A stretch of DNA of 64,000 nt from positions 32,984,001 through 33,048,000 of the forward strand of contig NC_135663.1 of assembly GCF_964188315.1 (NCBI RefSeq), in the 5' to 3' direction. The notes beneath the pieces were generated by a model, which worked only from the letters and a program-made list of their open reading frames with translations, was not told the DNA's origin and ran no database searches. Positions within the stretch are counted from its first letter, which is position 1, and every line of letters begins with the position of its first letter. The position numbers and the translations under genes were made by a program. Shown one piece after another: positions 1-12,352 of this stretch. This stretch comes from Podarcis muralis. Its lineage: Eukaryota.

Positions 1-1436
1 TCTATATATGATGCAGCCAAATAGTAATATATAAATAAATGAATTCAGTTAAGTGTTTCAGGCTCCAACTTCATCAGTATTCTAAATATAAAAAATAAGA
101 GGCTACAGCTGGAATACTTAACTATCCCCATCTTCTTATCCACTTATTTACATATACAGGTGTGTGTGCTTGCATTATTTATTTATGGATGCAGAAGTTG
201 TTCTATCTGTAGGAAATGACCACAATGTCTTTCTAATCCCCGCTTCCACTTTTGCTTTTAAAAATAGTTCATTTTCACTCTACATGTCTCCTAATGCTGC
301 TCTCTCGCTTCACATTTTGCTTCTTTTACTGATTCTGTTTAGTTTCATCTCATTCCAGAAGTGCTTGCATAATAGCACTGCATCAGTGATCTAAAACTGC
401 TAATAAATGAAGTCACCTGGAAATTAAGGGGGAAAATACATAAACCCTCAAGCCCTTTTCGTTTATGCCCTGTGTTTAGCATCAGGTAGAAGAAAATGCT
501 GTAGTGTTCACTTTAGAGATGTCAGGTGTTTGTGGCAAGCTTGGGGAAAATGTTACTTAGGGTAATGCCAGCAGGGATGCACAGCAACAGTGGACCTGGT
601 GTGAATCCTGTCTCTTGCTCTGTGAATTCACTAGGTAGCCTTAGGCAAGCCATTCACAGCATCTAACTCCTCGTCTTCAAATATGCACACAGTATGCTTA
701 GGTACACCATAGGATTGCTGTAAGTGTTGCAGCAAGATAATCCTTGTGAAGTGCTGGAAACATTGGAAAATAATATACAAATATTAAAGGTTGTATACCC
801 GCAGTTGATGGAAGGCAGTTAGTGGACCAGAGAGGGAGGTGATTCCCGCTATAGCTCCCTGTGTCCCCAGGTCTTCTCCATAGGGCCCACCAAAACCCTG
901 AAGCAGATTTGGAGAGAAATGGGGGCCAAAAATTAGTTCCTTCCCCATTTCACTGACAGATGCCTTCTGTTAACTGATGGATACCAATTGGTATCCTTAG
1001 AATACCACCCTTAGAATGTGCTATATACAGCTACTAAATATACCCAGATTGCCCCTTTTTCATTAAGTGTTTCAGCACAACAACCCATTACCTAATGCAA
1101 CTAAGCTTAACACTGCCGTCCTATAGATGTATAGTCATTGAGTTAAATGGAGCTTGCTTCCAGATAAGTGGGTCTATGATTGCCTCCTTAGTACATGTAA
1201 TTGAAAGAATCCCATATTATTTCCCTATGTAGAAAGGGAAAGCGGGCTGGAACAACCTCCTTATGAAGCCAGGCTATAAAGTTTGGGGCTTTAAAAAGTG
1301 TGTGGGGGGGGAGTCAGCAGGGGACATAATTTCGTGGTATCAAATTATTTATGGTGGGAAGAAAGTGGATAAAAGTTTTTCTTACTCTCATACTGCTGGA
1401 ACCCAGTCCCCTTCAACAACCCTGAATTTTGGAATA

Positions 1437-1678
1437 CAGTGGTGCCTCAGGTCAAGAACTTAATTCGTTCTGGAAGTCTGTTCTTAACCTGAAACTGTTC
1501 TTAACCTGAAGCACCACTTTAGCTAATGGGGCCTCCTGCTGCTGCTGCGCCGCTGCTGCACGATTTCTGTTCTCATCCTGAAGCAAAGTTCTTAACCCGA
1601 GGTACTATTTCTGGATTAGCGGAGCCTGTAACCTGAAGCGTATGTAACCTGAAGCATATATAACCTGAGGTACCACTG
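1437..1678. mobile_element. Tc1/mariner (Tigger-like) MITE
   Basis: TIRs cagtggtgcctcagg / cctgaggtaccactg, flanked by TA on both sides; 242 bp; near-identical to 20098-20341. Confidence 0.9.
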
Positions 1679-1940
1679 TACAGTACTTGGGAAAGACAAA
1701 AGGAAGCACTTCTTCACACATCCCATAGTGGAATGATGGCATGTGCTACTGCAAGATGTAGTGATGGGCACCAAAATGGCTTTGGACAGCTTGAAGAGGG
1801 AGGAATTTGCAGAGGATAAGGCTATTAGTCATATTCAAGGAGGGTGCCAACAACAAGGAAGATAAGACTGTCAGTGACTACTTGCCACTTGTTCTACTGA
1901 ACACCAGTTGCTAGGGATCATGTGTAGGAGAGTGCTGTTT

Positions 1941-2030
1941 GGTTGTATTTAAGTAGACTCAGTGAAATTAATGAGTCTAACTTAGTTATAGCTATTAACT
2001 TGAATGGGTCTATGTTGAGTAGGACTAGCA
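1941..2030. mobile_element. Partial copy of a palindromic MITE-like element inserted in the CR1 3' UTR
   Basis: agtagactcagtgaaattaatg...ttgaatgggtctatgttgagtaggactag resembles 6684-6801; the CR1 sequence resumes after it. Confidence 0.5.
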
Positions 2031-5000
2031 TCTTCCCAGTGTGTTTATGTTCTGCTTATGGGCTTCCTATAGACATCTGGTGAGCCACTATGAGAACAGA
2101 GTGTGTCATCCAGCAGGGCTTCTCTTATTTTCTTACGTTCTGTTTATGCTGCCTGAATTTCCATCCCTCTGTGTTGAATTACAGGTTGTAAACTCACTGG
2201 ACATGGCTTTGCCTTCTTGTACTCTGTAAAGCATCATGGACACGGATGGCTTTATACCAGTACAACATAATATTATATGCATTTTGTTTCCTGAAAGATG
2301 GAATGGTATACGATCTAAACAAAAGAGTCCAATTCCCTGCTGTAACTCACTGAAGAATTGTGGACTAGTTATTTGATTGAGATCAATCACAGCTCAGGAA
2401 AATCGTTGGACTGTTCAGTATATTCCCCGCATAAATGTTTTATTGGGGTTTTAGAGGGGGGAGGAATCTCAAGAGTCTAAAATAAAAAGTTAAAAAAAAC
2501 AACAACCCAACAGGAGGAGTACAACAAAAGGAGAGAGAGGGTTGGGGGAAAAGACCCCAAAGTCAACAAATGAATCCTCATACAGTAATTGTAGTGTAGA
2601 CAATAAATTTGACACAAAGTAAGGGTGCTAGATTGTGACTTCAGGTGATATAATTGTGGTAGCTTTTGGCAGGATGTGCTCCATTAAAGAAACACTTTCT
2701 GCATGTAGAATTATCTCCTGAAGATAAATCTTTTTAGGAGTGCATCTAGTGGTGTATGTACGCCTCTCTCTTGGTGTGTGTGTGTTTTTTAAATCCATGA
2801 GTAATTAAGTTCTTGGCTTCTCTTCTGAGACTTCCAGCATAGGTGCTAAGTACCACTCTCTGTGTTTGTTTGCATTTATGCTGTGTGATATGAGCACCTG
2901 TCTGCCAGGACTTGGACCTCAGCCACCACCTCATTGCGTCTAGATGTTCACGAAATAAACATACAAAAAGTACGCTGACTTGCAAAGGCTAGATTTTTCA
3001 TAGGGAAAGAAAAAGGCAAGGGATCTTCTCAAACTTGAACATAGCTACAGTACAGAATTTTTTTAAAAAATGGACTTGGATTGTAGACAAAATTTATGGC
3101 TTTGCTTTTGGGCACAGATGTGAATGAAACAGGGATAGAGTGACTGTCCAGTGTGTGATTGGCTGTACTGCAAGGATTTATGTTTAGTTTTTGTTTTTAA
3201 ATCTCTGCTTGCATCCGAGCATCTTAAGGGAATTGCCATTAAAAAGCCAATGACCAAGGGTGTGTGTGTGTGTGTTTAATTTCACAGGATTCTCTTGTCA
3301 AGGGATTTAAGGAACAATTCTTAGCTGCTCAGATAAGAACCAACAGGGTTCAATTCTAGGAACTGGAAAGAGAATTGCATTGCTGTTACTGTGTGGAGAA
3401 TGAGAAATGAAAATGCCAAAATTCCAAAGGAGCATAGATAGCTATTTCTTATTTTTCATTCCAGGTTGTTCCTTGATTTGAATATCATTCTGGTGCTTTT
3501 ATTTTCTGGGAAGACTTTTGTATCTTTAAGTTGTTTTCCTGTAGATGCTATCCTTAAGATTGTTCACAACCCACTGGTCTAGATTCTGTCATGACGTTAC
3601 TGTAATATCTAGAAAACCTTGTGGTGACATAGAGCACAGATGGAAAAAAAACCATGCATGTAGTTGAAAGCAAACTTTGAAGACTACTTTTGCTGCCAAA
3701 GAGCTGGGAAGTGCCTTTTATTATTTAAAAATGTAACTGTTTTGGAGAAAGTAGGTGCAGTTGGCGGGTGGGAGGAGGGGAGGAGGAAAGAAAGTCTGGC
3801 ATACTTATTACTTACAGTTGCAATTTTTAATTGGATAATTAGAGACTGATACTTTGAAGATTATTCAAAATCTCTAGAGGCTTTCTGTGCATACTTTTCT
3901 CTTTCTCCTCTTAATTTAATTTAATCAAGAAGGAACAAATCTCAAAAATGCCTAACGTTTGAGAGCAAATCATGTTATTTCATGTAAACCTGAATGCCTT
4001 ATAAAGGCTTCGTTATTGTGAATAGCTAGACTGCTTTAGCCCCATTGAATTCAATGGGATTGCACTTCCACACGTAGTTATAACCTACTTCGCTGTTTAA
4101 GTTCTCTTGCAAACTGGGTGCTGACTGCGGGAGGAGTTTCAAGCATACCCCTTTGTTATTTCAATCAATACTACTGTTGACCGTAGTCTTTATAATCATG
4201 GCCTTTTTGGTTTCCCTAGTTTACACCCCATGATATGGCTAGTGGCAGTGGAAATTGTTCAGAAATATAGATGGAGTGTGAGGGACAAATTGTTTGTTTG
4301 CTCGTGTTTTTTGTTTATAACAATTGAGATATACTGAGGGATATTATTGACAAGTAACTTGTACTAGTTGTTTGAAGAACCCTTTTGGCACAGTCATTGA
4401 AAATCCATAACTCTCATTTACTTTTAAAATCCCAGTTTAACATGTAATAGAAATTTTTCCTTTTTTCCAAATTCAGTTACCATTTTTAATTCAATCTCCC
4501 CCAATGTAGATTTGGCAGGAATAATAGATAAGTTAGCAGAGAGAGACTGCACATCATGTTAGATTTATGACAAAGTTGAGATGGAAGTGTTTGAGTGACT
4601 GAACATTTCCTTTATATATAAATCAGTAACGGGATTCTTGGTTTATTGAGAAGTTCAGAGGAAGCAGCCACTTCCTCAGTCCTTGGCAGGGCTCTTTTGC
4701 ACTGAAGTTTACGAAATAGTGAACAAGCTGTATTTTAGTGGTAAATCAACAAGTGTTAGTGATAACACTAGCCATTCATTGACTAGTTGTTTATTTCTTG
4801 CAAATTAGTTAGCTCTCCAAGTCTAAAGAAATGTATAATTACTATGATTTCCAGAACATCATATGCCACAAACATGTTTATTTGGTTTTGCTGGGTTTTT
4901 GTTTGTTTGCAAGAGGAGAAGTTACCCACATTCAGTCTTTTGGGGTGGTACAGGCTATAAATGTAATGAAAGAGATGGTATATGAAACCCAACCTAACAC

Positions 5001-6521
5001 TGTAGCAGTTGCCCTCTATCCTAAATACACACCCCAGGCCATAAAAAGACTTTTGGTGACATTGCATAAATGGAAAATGGTATTATAAAACTTAAAGAAA
5101 CTGGTTTTGTGCTTGGTGGTTTTAAATCACTTATTTGAAGCCATTGCGCTTAAAATCTGTCAGTTTTATGACTGATTGTTTCTACATCTGTCTTCAGAGC
5201 TGTTTCAGAAAACAAAACTGCAATGCAATAGTACAATAGACATGGTGCATAACAACAATTATAATATTCCTACTACACAATGCAACAATTCATTCAAAAT
5301 ATATCAAAGAAAATTAAGACAGCATATAAAGCAGGTGCCTGGGAACCAAATGTGGCCCACCAGGACTCTGTAGGTCATTGGAATTCAGGCCACACCCCTT
5401 CCCCAGGCTCCACCCCTCACTGAACCTTCTCTGCATCCTCCTCTTGTGGTTTTACCTGTGACAATACATCTTGCTTGCCTAGATGGAAGGTGGAGAGTGG
5501 CGTGTATTGCCACACACCCCACTGGTATGTGGCTCCCAGAAGGTCACCCTTGAGGTATTGTGGCCCTTGGGTTGCAAGAAGATTCCACATTCCTGGAATA
5601 AATTGCAAAGAGGCATATGACAAACTGTGAAAATAACCCTAAGGCAATGAGATTAGTATCTAGCCACCCCCTTCCCCAACTTCTGTCCTTCTGTCATCTT
5701 CTGATAAAGCCTCCTAAGGCAGGAGAATGGGGCATAGCAGGTGGAAGCAGACATTCCCTGATACGGTCTCTCTTTCTGTAAAGTAGAGCACAAAGCCAAA
5801 TCTCGTTTCTTTCTCTAAAAGGTTTTCATTATTAAATATTACATGAGAGTGACGGAATGTGCAATCCTAAACACACCAGTTAGGGTATAGGTCTCATTGA
5901 ATACAGTGTGACATGCTTCAGAGTAAACGTGCATAAGATTGCTAGCTTGCCATAAAACTACATTGCAATCTGATCTGGAAAAAAACACACACAAAAAACA
6001 CCCCAGAGCCAATTCAATTCCCAGACACTGAGCCATTCACAATCTCTCTGTTTACTGAATCTATGCATCACCAGCTGTGCTTCTATTGCTCCAATTCTAG
6101 GTCATTATGACACCATGAAGAAACACCTGTTAGAAACCATTTGGTAAAATGTCACCCTGTTATAGACAGTTTAAAAATGGGAGAATGCACAACTTGAATT
6201 AAAGTCTGCATTTTTGCCAGTACAATTTCTAAACCAGAATCTTCATTTCTCTATATTGTATTGTAGGATGTAATGGTCTGATCATTTCAGTCTTCAAGGT
6301 TTGGGTGGGAGAGACATTTTGTTTCTCCTCTTGCTAAACAATTGGGATTTTGTTGGCTTTATGCTAGCAAAAAGACATTTGCTAGCACAAGGAGAGCCAC
6401 CCAGTTTTCGCCCCTGGATTTGGCAGTAGAAGTTGGTGGAAACCGGGTCTTGAAGAAACACTTTTGGTTGTGCAACCTGCCATTGGCTACAACCCTTAAA
6501 TCCATGCTTGCCTAACTTACG

Positions 6522-6522
<1 letters not shown>

Positions 6523-6564
<42 letters not shown>
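6523..6564. repeat. (TG)n microsatellite
   Basis: About 21 TG units. Confidence 0.98.
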
Positions 6565-6567
<3 letters not shown>

Positions 6568-6683
6568 GGATGTGACTCAGGCAGAGTTTAGCACCTGAAT
6601 CACAAACATTATACCCCTGGGAGTAGGGCCCATTGAAATCATGGTAGTTTTTCTGAGCAGAACAGCATTTTAAAAGTTTCTGT

Positions 6684-6801
6684 GGCTGATATCCAACATT
6701 AGTCATGTTCTGGGCAGACCCATTGAAATCAATGCACGAAAGTAACTTCAGTCTGTTGTTTCAATGGGTCTATTCTGAATGTCACTCAGTTGGATAGCAC
6801 C
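6684..6801. mobile_element. Palindromic ~118-bp MITE-like element
   Basis: Arms tatccaac...agacccattgaaa and tttcaatgggtct...gttggata are reverse complements; TGT lies immediately on both sides. Confidence 0.6.
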
Positions 6802-9257
6802 TGTTATTATCAGTTACCTGATGACATGGGAACTTAAAGTGCTTAACTAGGGTTTGATTATACCTATTTATAGTAGCTATTGTATAGTTTCCTATTTTGC
6901 ATTATACTATATTATTGCACAGCATTGTACAACATGTTTAATTCACTGCATTTAGCAGCAAAAATCAAAGGAGTTTACAATTTCATAGATGTTTCACAAC
7001 TGCAAACAGGTAGTTTTGAATTGGGGGAGGAATGACCTATACAAGGAATATAATATAGTTTTACTTGTTTTCTCATGTCTTTGTGTCAGTTTCCAAAACT
7101 GAAATTTATTTTCAGAAGCCGTTTTGAACAAATACAGAGATTGTGACTGTAATGAAACTTGAAATCCTTCTGGATAATATTATGACTTATTTCTTTATAT
7201 TTGCTTCATTTTTTATGAAATATAAATGTTAAGCTATGTTTTAAAAATCAGCTTTGCAATTGCAATATCTGCTAGAAAGTTACTAGTCGGATTTATTATA
7301 TAAAGAGAGGAATATTGCTAGAGAAATGTTGAAAATGTCTCAGAATGCCTTTTCTGTCCACCCCTTTTCTTTACCATTGTGTCAGCAAAGAAATAAGCTA
7401 GCCATTTATTTCACAAACCATTTGTATGTCTCGGATGCTATTCCTCCCCTAAATCTTTAATCCCAGCTGCCGTTCACGTTTGCATTCCTCAACAGCTCAC
7501 CGATTAGTAATTTACTTCCAGACTTCTGCATAGCAATTATCAGTAGAAGGTTACAGTCAAATCCAGACTTTGTATTGCACAAAGCTTAATTTAAAATAAA
7601 ACTGTCATTATAAAGTGAGATTAATCTTGAGACAAATCCCCTTGTGTTTCTCTAGTTATCAAGCACTTGTTGGTAATTGGGTGGGATACCTTATTTGCAG
7701 AAAATTTGCTAAGACACTGCTTCTACTTATAAAAGCTGCAGCAGAATTCTTAATATGAATCTTTGCTTGGAGGGTAGTGTGGGTGGGGATAGCTGATACT
7801 GATTTAGGACAGTGGCTACATAGTCTTTTCTATTGCATTAAAAATAGTAGACATTTCTTATCAGGAAAATGTAATCTGTAGGAACCAGCTGCCATTCCCG
7901 AATCCTGACACAGAGGAGCTGTACACTTTAAAGGTCTTGTGGCAGATTATTCCTTTCTCTGCAGTCCGCAGCCTGCCAACTGACTTGCAAGGCTGCCATG
8001 ATGCAATGCCAGTGAGTCTTGGCTCTAGGTTTGGGAAATGACGATCTGCGGCTTACAGTGATGAACATCTGATGGTGGCCAGGCTGTGTGGATCATTTTG
8101 TTGGTGTTGAACAGTATCTTTAGTGTTAATGAGTTTTGGTGTTTTGTTGGAGCGGTAAGCTTTGTGTTAGGGAAGGGGGGGGTGATTTTATTGCTGTTGT
8201 TGTCCAGCCAAGTCAACACGAGGCTTTCTTCCACTGTTACATGTACAAATTCAGCTCTAAAACCTTTCAGTTCTTTCTCCAAGCAAAGCCATGAAAAACA
8301 ACTTTTGACCACTGAATTCTTAAGCATGCAGTAATATCACTCTTGAGCAAACATTGGTTATTCCATTCCACTCTTAACGACTTCAACCATCACTGCTCCT
8401 TCGAGAAACCTGTCCTAGTGCCTTAAAGGAATCAGTCTATTGAAATGCCTATCGGAAGATAGTCTCACTTGTCATTTAGAATTCTAATAGCTTTAAAGGA
8501 TTTGTAAGCAAACAGTTTCATGTTGGCAGGGACCAGTGTTTGCTGGTATAGAGTAAGCATTAACACGTTTGTCAATAGTATCTGGATCTGTGTCGCATCA
8601 GGCTTCAGCTACCCTTAGTGCCACTAATTAGAGTAATTTCACAATAGGCTTTTTTTTTACAGCTACTAATGTGGCTTAAGGGACTGTAAAGTAGATGGTA
8701 GCAGAAAAAATAACTTGGAAGAAATGGTGCCAAAGGCTGGCTCTTTTAGGTCATGTTCCTTCCTCCAAAATAAAGTCCTTAATCTTTAGCCTATCTGTAT
8801 ATTGACATTTTCCACTAGCCGAACAAGTGGAATTTCATTCCACTTAGTTACATCCCTTTCTCATCTTTCCTCCCCACTATGCCACCCTTTTTGTGTCATA
8901 CTAACCCCTTGTTGACGATTGTTGGGCATCAAGCCGCTGCCATTACCATCAAACACAGTGGGACCAGCTCCCAGATAGCTTGATGGAGGAAGTTCGCAAT
9001 ATTTTATTATATATATAATAACAATCTTTCCTGTCATCTTATGATTGCTTTGCCATTTGTGGAGCGTTCTAGCACTTCCTTTCTTTTTAAATGAAGGTGC
9101 TGTCTTTTGAAGACTGAATGATCAGATTCTTTATTGGGAGAATGAAGGTGATGGAAAAAAAAACACCCAACTCCTTTTTGATCACCATACATCTATCAGC
9201 AGCTGGTCATGATGCTGAAGATTATATCTACAGTTTTTCTCTCTTTCCTGCTTGTAG

Positions 9258-9563
9258 GCATGGATCTCTTCTCTAATTGCACGGAGGAATGTAAAGCCTT
9301 GGGCCACTCGGATCGGTGCTGGATGCCCTCTTTTGTCCCTTCTGATGGACGCCAAGCTGCGGATTACCGCAGCAATCTTCATGTGCCCGGTATGGACTCT
9401 GTTCCAGACACTGAAGTGTTTGAAACACCAGAAGCCCAGCCAGGGGCAGAGAGGTCCTTCTCCACCTTTGGCAAAGAGAAGGCCCTTCACAGCACTCTGG
9501 AGAGGAAGGAACTGGATGGACTGCTGTCTAATACACGAGCGCCTTACAAACCACCATATTTGA
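9258..9563 (+). CDS. PCDH10: Protocadherin-10 penultimate coding exon (cytoplasmic tail with CM2 and WIRS motifs)
   Basis: Translates as (G)MDLFSNCTEECKALGHSDRCWMPSFVPSDGRQAADYRSNLHVPGMDSVPDTEVFETPEAQPGAERSFSTFGKEKALHSTLERKELDGLLSNTRAPYKPPYL, which I recognise as the vertebrate PCDH10 tail. Acceptor ctctttcctgcttgtag|GC at 9257/9258; donor TGA|gtaagt at 9563/9564; 306 nt, phase 1-1. Confidence 0.97.
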   Translation, partial: AWISSLIARRNVKPWATRIGAGCPLLSLLMDAKLRITAAIFMCPVWTLFQTLKCLKHQKPSQGQRGPSPPLAKRRPFTALWRGRNWMDCCLIHERLTNHHI

Positions 9564-11375
9564 GTAAGTACTGTTCAAAAGGCTGCTAGAGAGTTTTCCC
9601 TTGATGGGAATAAAACTCCATTCCCCAGGGTGCTTGCTAGGAATAGAACAGTATACCAGAGGCAATGGGGGGAAGAAGCCCTGAATCCCTTTGGATTAGG
9701 AACCACTGAAGAGAACAATGTTGATATATTATTATTATTTTTTTAAAGAAAATGCCTATGGCATTTTAAGTTTGTAACTTCTAGGACCTTGTTGAAGATG
9801 GATTTGTTTTTTAAAATGCTGTTTTTGGAACTGTTGCCCTAATGAATTTTTAAAAAGTAAATAGTTAGCAAGACAAGTATTTCGTCACATTTGTAAGCTG
9901 TTTGTGGTGCTTCTTCATTGGGACTACTTGTGGTACCAAACTTGTTTTGTACCCAACAGCTGCTTTGTTCCCCATTGATCAAGGCTTGGCATTCATTCTC
10001 CGATTCATATTTCTCTGCTGCTGCTGCCATCGCCTTTTGTTCTCTTGACCATCCTTCATGGGATGAACTTTTAACAATCTTTTCTGGAGCTTTCTGAATT
10101 CTTGAGACCATTGTAAGTATGATGGTGCTTGTTTGTGATACAGAAGATGGTGCGTAGGGTTAGGTGAAAGAGGAGAATTCCTTATTCATTTCCGTGCCAA
10201 GTGGAGTGCCTTGAAATCACTCTTTGGCCCGAGATTCTACATTGCGATGCTTACCGGCCCATTATGTTTTATTAGGAGATCGTAAAGTCTTCCCTTGATT
10301 ATAAGTGCTTAGGATGAGTCTGTGTGTCTGGAAATGAAGAAAACCAGTGCCTTCATTTAGGAAGTGCAGTGGCTGCAAAGGTTGCAGGGATCTTTCTGAA
10401 AGAAAGAAAAGCAAATCTAATTGATGAGAGTGGTAATGTCACCATTGAAATGCAATATAGCAGTGCTTCCTTTTCTCAGTTCTGCCCTCCCCTTCCCAGT
10501 TCTGTCCTAGAGGGATCCCATCTTAAAGCGGGAATTTATGCTTTATTTATGCTTATTTTAGCTTTTAGACTAAGAAGCCAGACATAGCAGAAGCTTCTGA
10601 TTCCAGCTTTGTATATTTTAGTTTCTAGCAGCTGATGTTAAGGCACATCACTTGTTCCAAAAAGAAAAAGAAAAAAGCCGAAACACCATCTGGTTGTACT
10701 TCTTGTACCTGCTAGGTTACCTTTGAACTTAATGATCTAGAGGAGGATTGACAGATCTTTTTTTCACTGTTCAGCAGATCAGCCATTCCAAATGCACCCT
10801 TCACTCTAGAGATACTACTTCAGCCATGCATTCCTAATAACCTTTTCATGATTTTAGGTCATATGTTTCAGACCTGTAGCATTGTACATTTCTTTAAGGT
10901 GATGCCTGAGCTTGTTCAGTGAAGGTAGTGTATCTTTTTTCTTCTAATGGCTGAAAATGAACAGCAACTTTGCAGTGCCAAACAGCTATAAGAGGTTTAT
11001 CATCCAAATTCAGCCTGTTCCTGTTGCTTCTGCCTTTTTAAATCATAGACCACTCTATGATTAAAATTCTATGATTTAAATCTTAGACCACTCTACATAG
11101 CTGCCCCTCTAGTTTGTTTACTTTCTAATAAGTTGTGATGTACATTTGAAGATTTGTAAGCCTGTGCAATGTGTTGGTGGTATCTGAAAGACATTTAAAG
11201 GGGAATAGGATTCAGGGCTTTTTTCTTTCTTTCTTTTTTGCTTCTAGACTTGTTTCTAGACTTCAGGCTAAAGCTATATTAAAACTAAAATCAGACAGGT
11301 TTTCCCCTACCTGCAATTAATGTTTTCTTTTGTATAAAGTTAGATTTTGAACTTCATAACAAGCAAGAGTTATTT

Positions 11376-11376
<1 letters not shown>

Positions 11377-11426
<50 letters not shown>
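11377..11426. repeat. (AG)n microsatellite
   Basis: About 25 AG units. Confidence 0.98.
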
Positions 11427-11429
<3 letters not shown>

Positions 11430-12148
11430 GGTGAAGGAGAAGAAACCAGCTACTGAAGAGCACAATATTTCATAGAGTTGAGAAAATATTTTACAATGAA
11501 TAATTTCTTTTTTGAACCCAACAGAGAGAGAGAGAGCCTATTCTCAGTTGCAATTCTAAGAGAAGCAACCGAGTTTATTCAAGTGGTAACTAGAGTCGAG
11601 CTATAGTGACCACAGGCTAATTAAGTTTAACATTCTCTTGGGGCAAATTGTGCCCCCCAAAAAGTATCAAGGAGCTGTTGAAAGCTACAAAGGGGATTTA
11701 AAACAAACAAACAAAAAAAGCTAATTTAGAAAACTCTGAACGGAGCAAGGTATGCTACCCATGTCTGCAGCTGGGCGGGGGGAAGCCATACTTGACCCTA
11801 CAAATAAAATGCCTATTGTTTAAATTGTGTTATTTCTTAGCTTCAGGATGGGAGGAGAGAAATATATTATTTGCATATTATTAAACAAGTTTAATTATTC
11901 AAAGGATAAAGAACAAAGCAATCCCAGAAACAGAATGGATAAAGTCTAGAACTTCAGTCTGTATTTCCACTGGGACTTTTGACTCTATTAATAATTCCCA
12001 AGAAGCCAGTTCCTAGGATTGAGGGAGAGCTGCCCCCAAACTCACACTGCCTGTGCAGAAGCCCCTGTGTGTGATTGAAAATGTTTCCCTGAGCAGCCTT
12101 TGACATGGGAAACATTTGTTGTGAAACATACATTTGGAGAAATGATAA

Positions 12149-12352
12149 CAGGGGGTGGGGAGGACTGCAGTGCAGCAGGCAGCAGCTGCAGACTTAATCC
12201 CATCATGAAAGCTCAGGGATAGTGAAGCAGAGCTGGTGAATGGCCTGGCGAGAGTGTTTGTTGTTGAAGAGGTTGTGTGGCACAAGGAGAGATGTAGGGC
12301 CATATAGAGAGGTTTGAGGGACCACATTTGGCCCATGGTTTCCCCACTCCTG
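12149..12352. mobile_element. Degraded hAT-type non-autonomous element
   Basis: Ends cagggggtggggagg ... ggtttccccactcctg are imperfect hAT-like TIRs; no clear TSD. Confidence 0.45.

Larger units (their letters stand above)
1230..2130 (+). mobile_element. Degraded CR1 LINE 3' fragment (ORF2 C-terminus plus 3' UTR), interrupted by two later insertions
   Basis: Residual frames GLEQPPYEARL.SLG, GDIISWYQIIYGGKKVDK and KDKRKHFFTH resemble the CR1 ORF2 end. The 3' UTR-like tail reads ...ccactatgagaacagagtgtgtcatccagcagggcttctcttattttctta. Confidence 0.75.

Noticed and set aside
7838-7847. MEF2 consensus ttaaaaatag (also at 258-267 and ~44300)
   Set aside because: Such A/T words are expected many times by chance in AT-rich DNA, and one lies inside the Gypsy relic. 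Uninformative without conservation data.
9209-9257. Hydrophobic 'signal-like' N-terminus MMLKIISTVFLSFLLV of the ORF-track call
   Set aside because: It is the translated polypyrimidine tract and acceptor; the exon starts at 9258.
1-9257. Search for the preceding PCDH10 exon (CM1, SKDSGHGDS...)
   Set aside because: No matching sequence found; ggacagtggctaca at ~7807 does not extend. The exon most likely lies upstream of the window.
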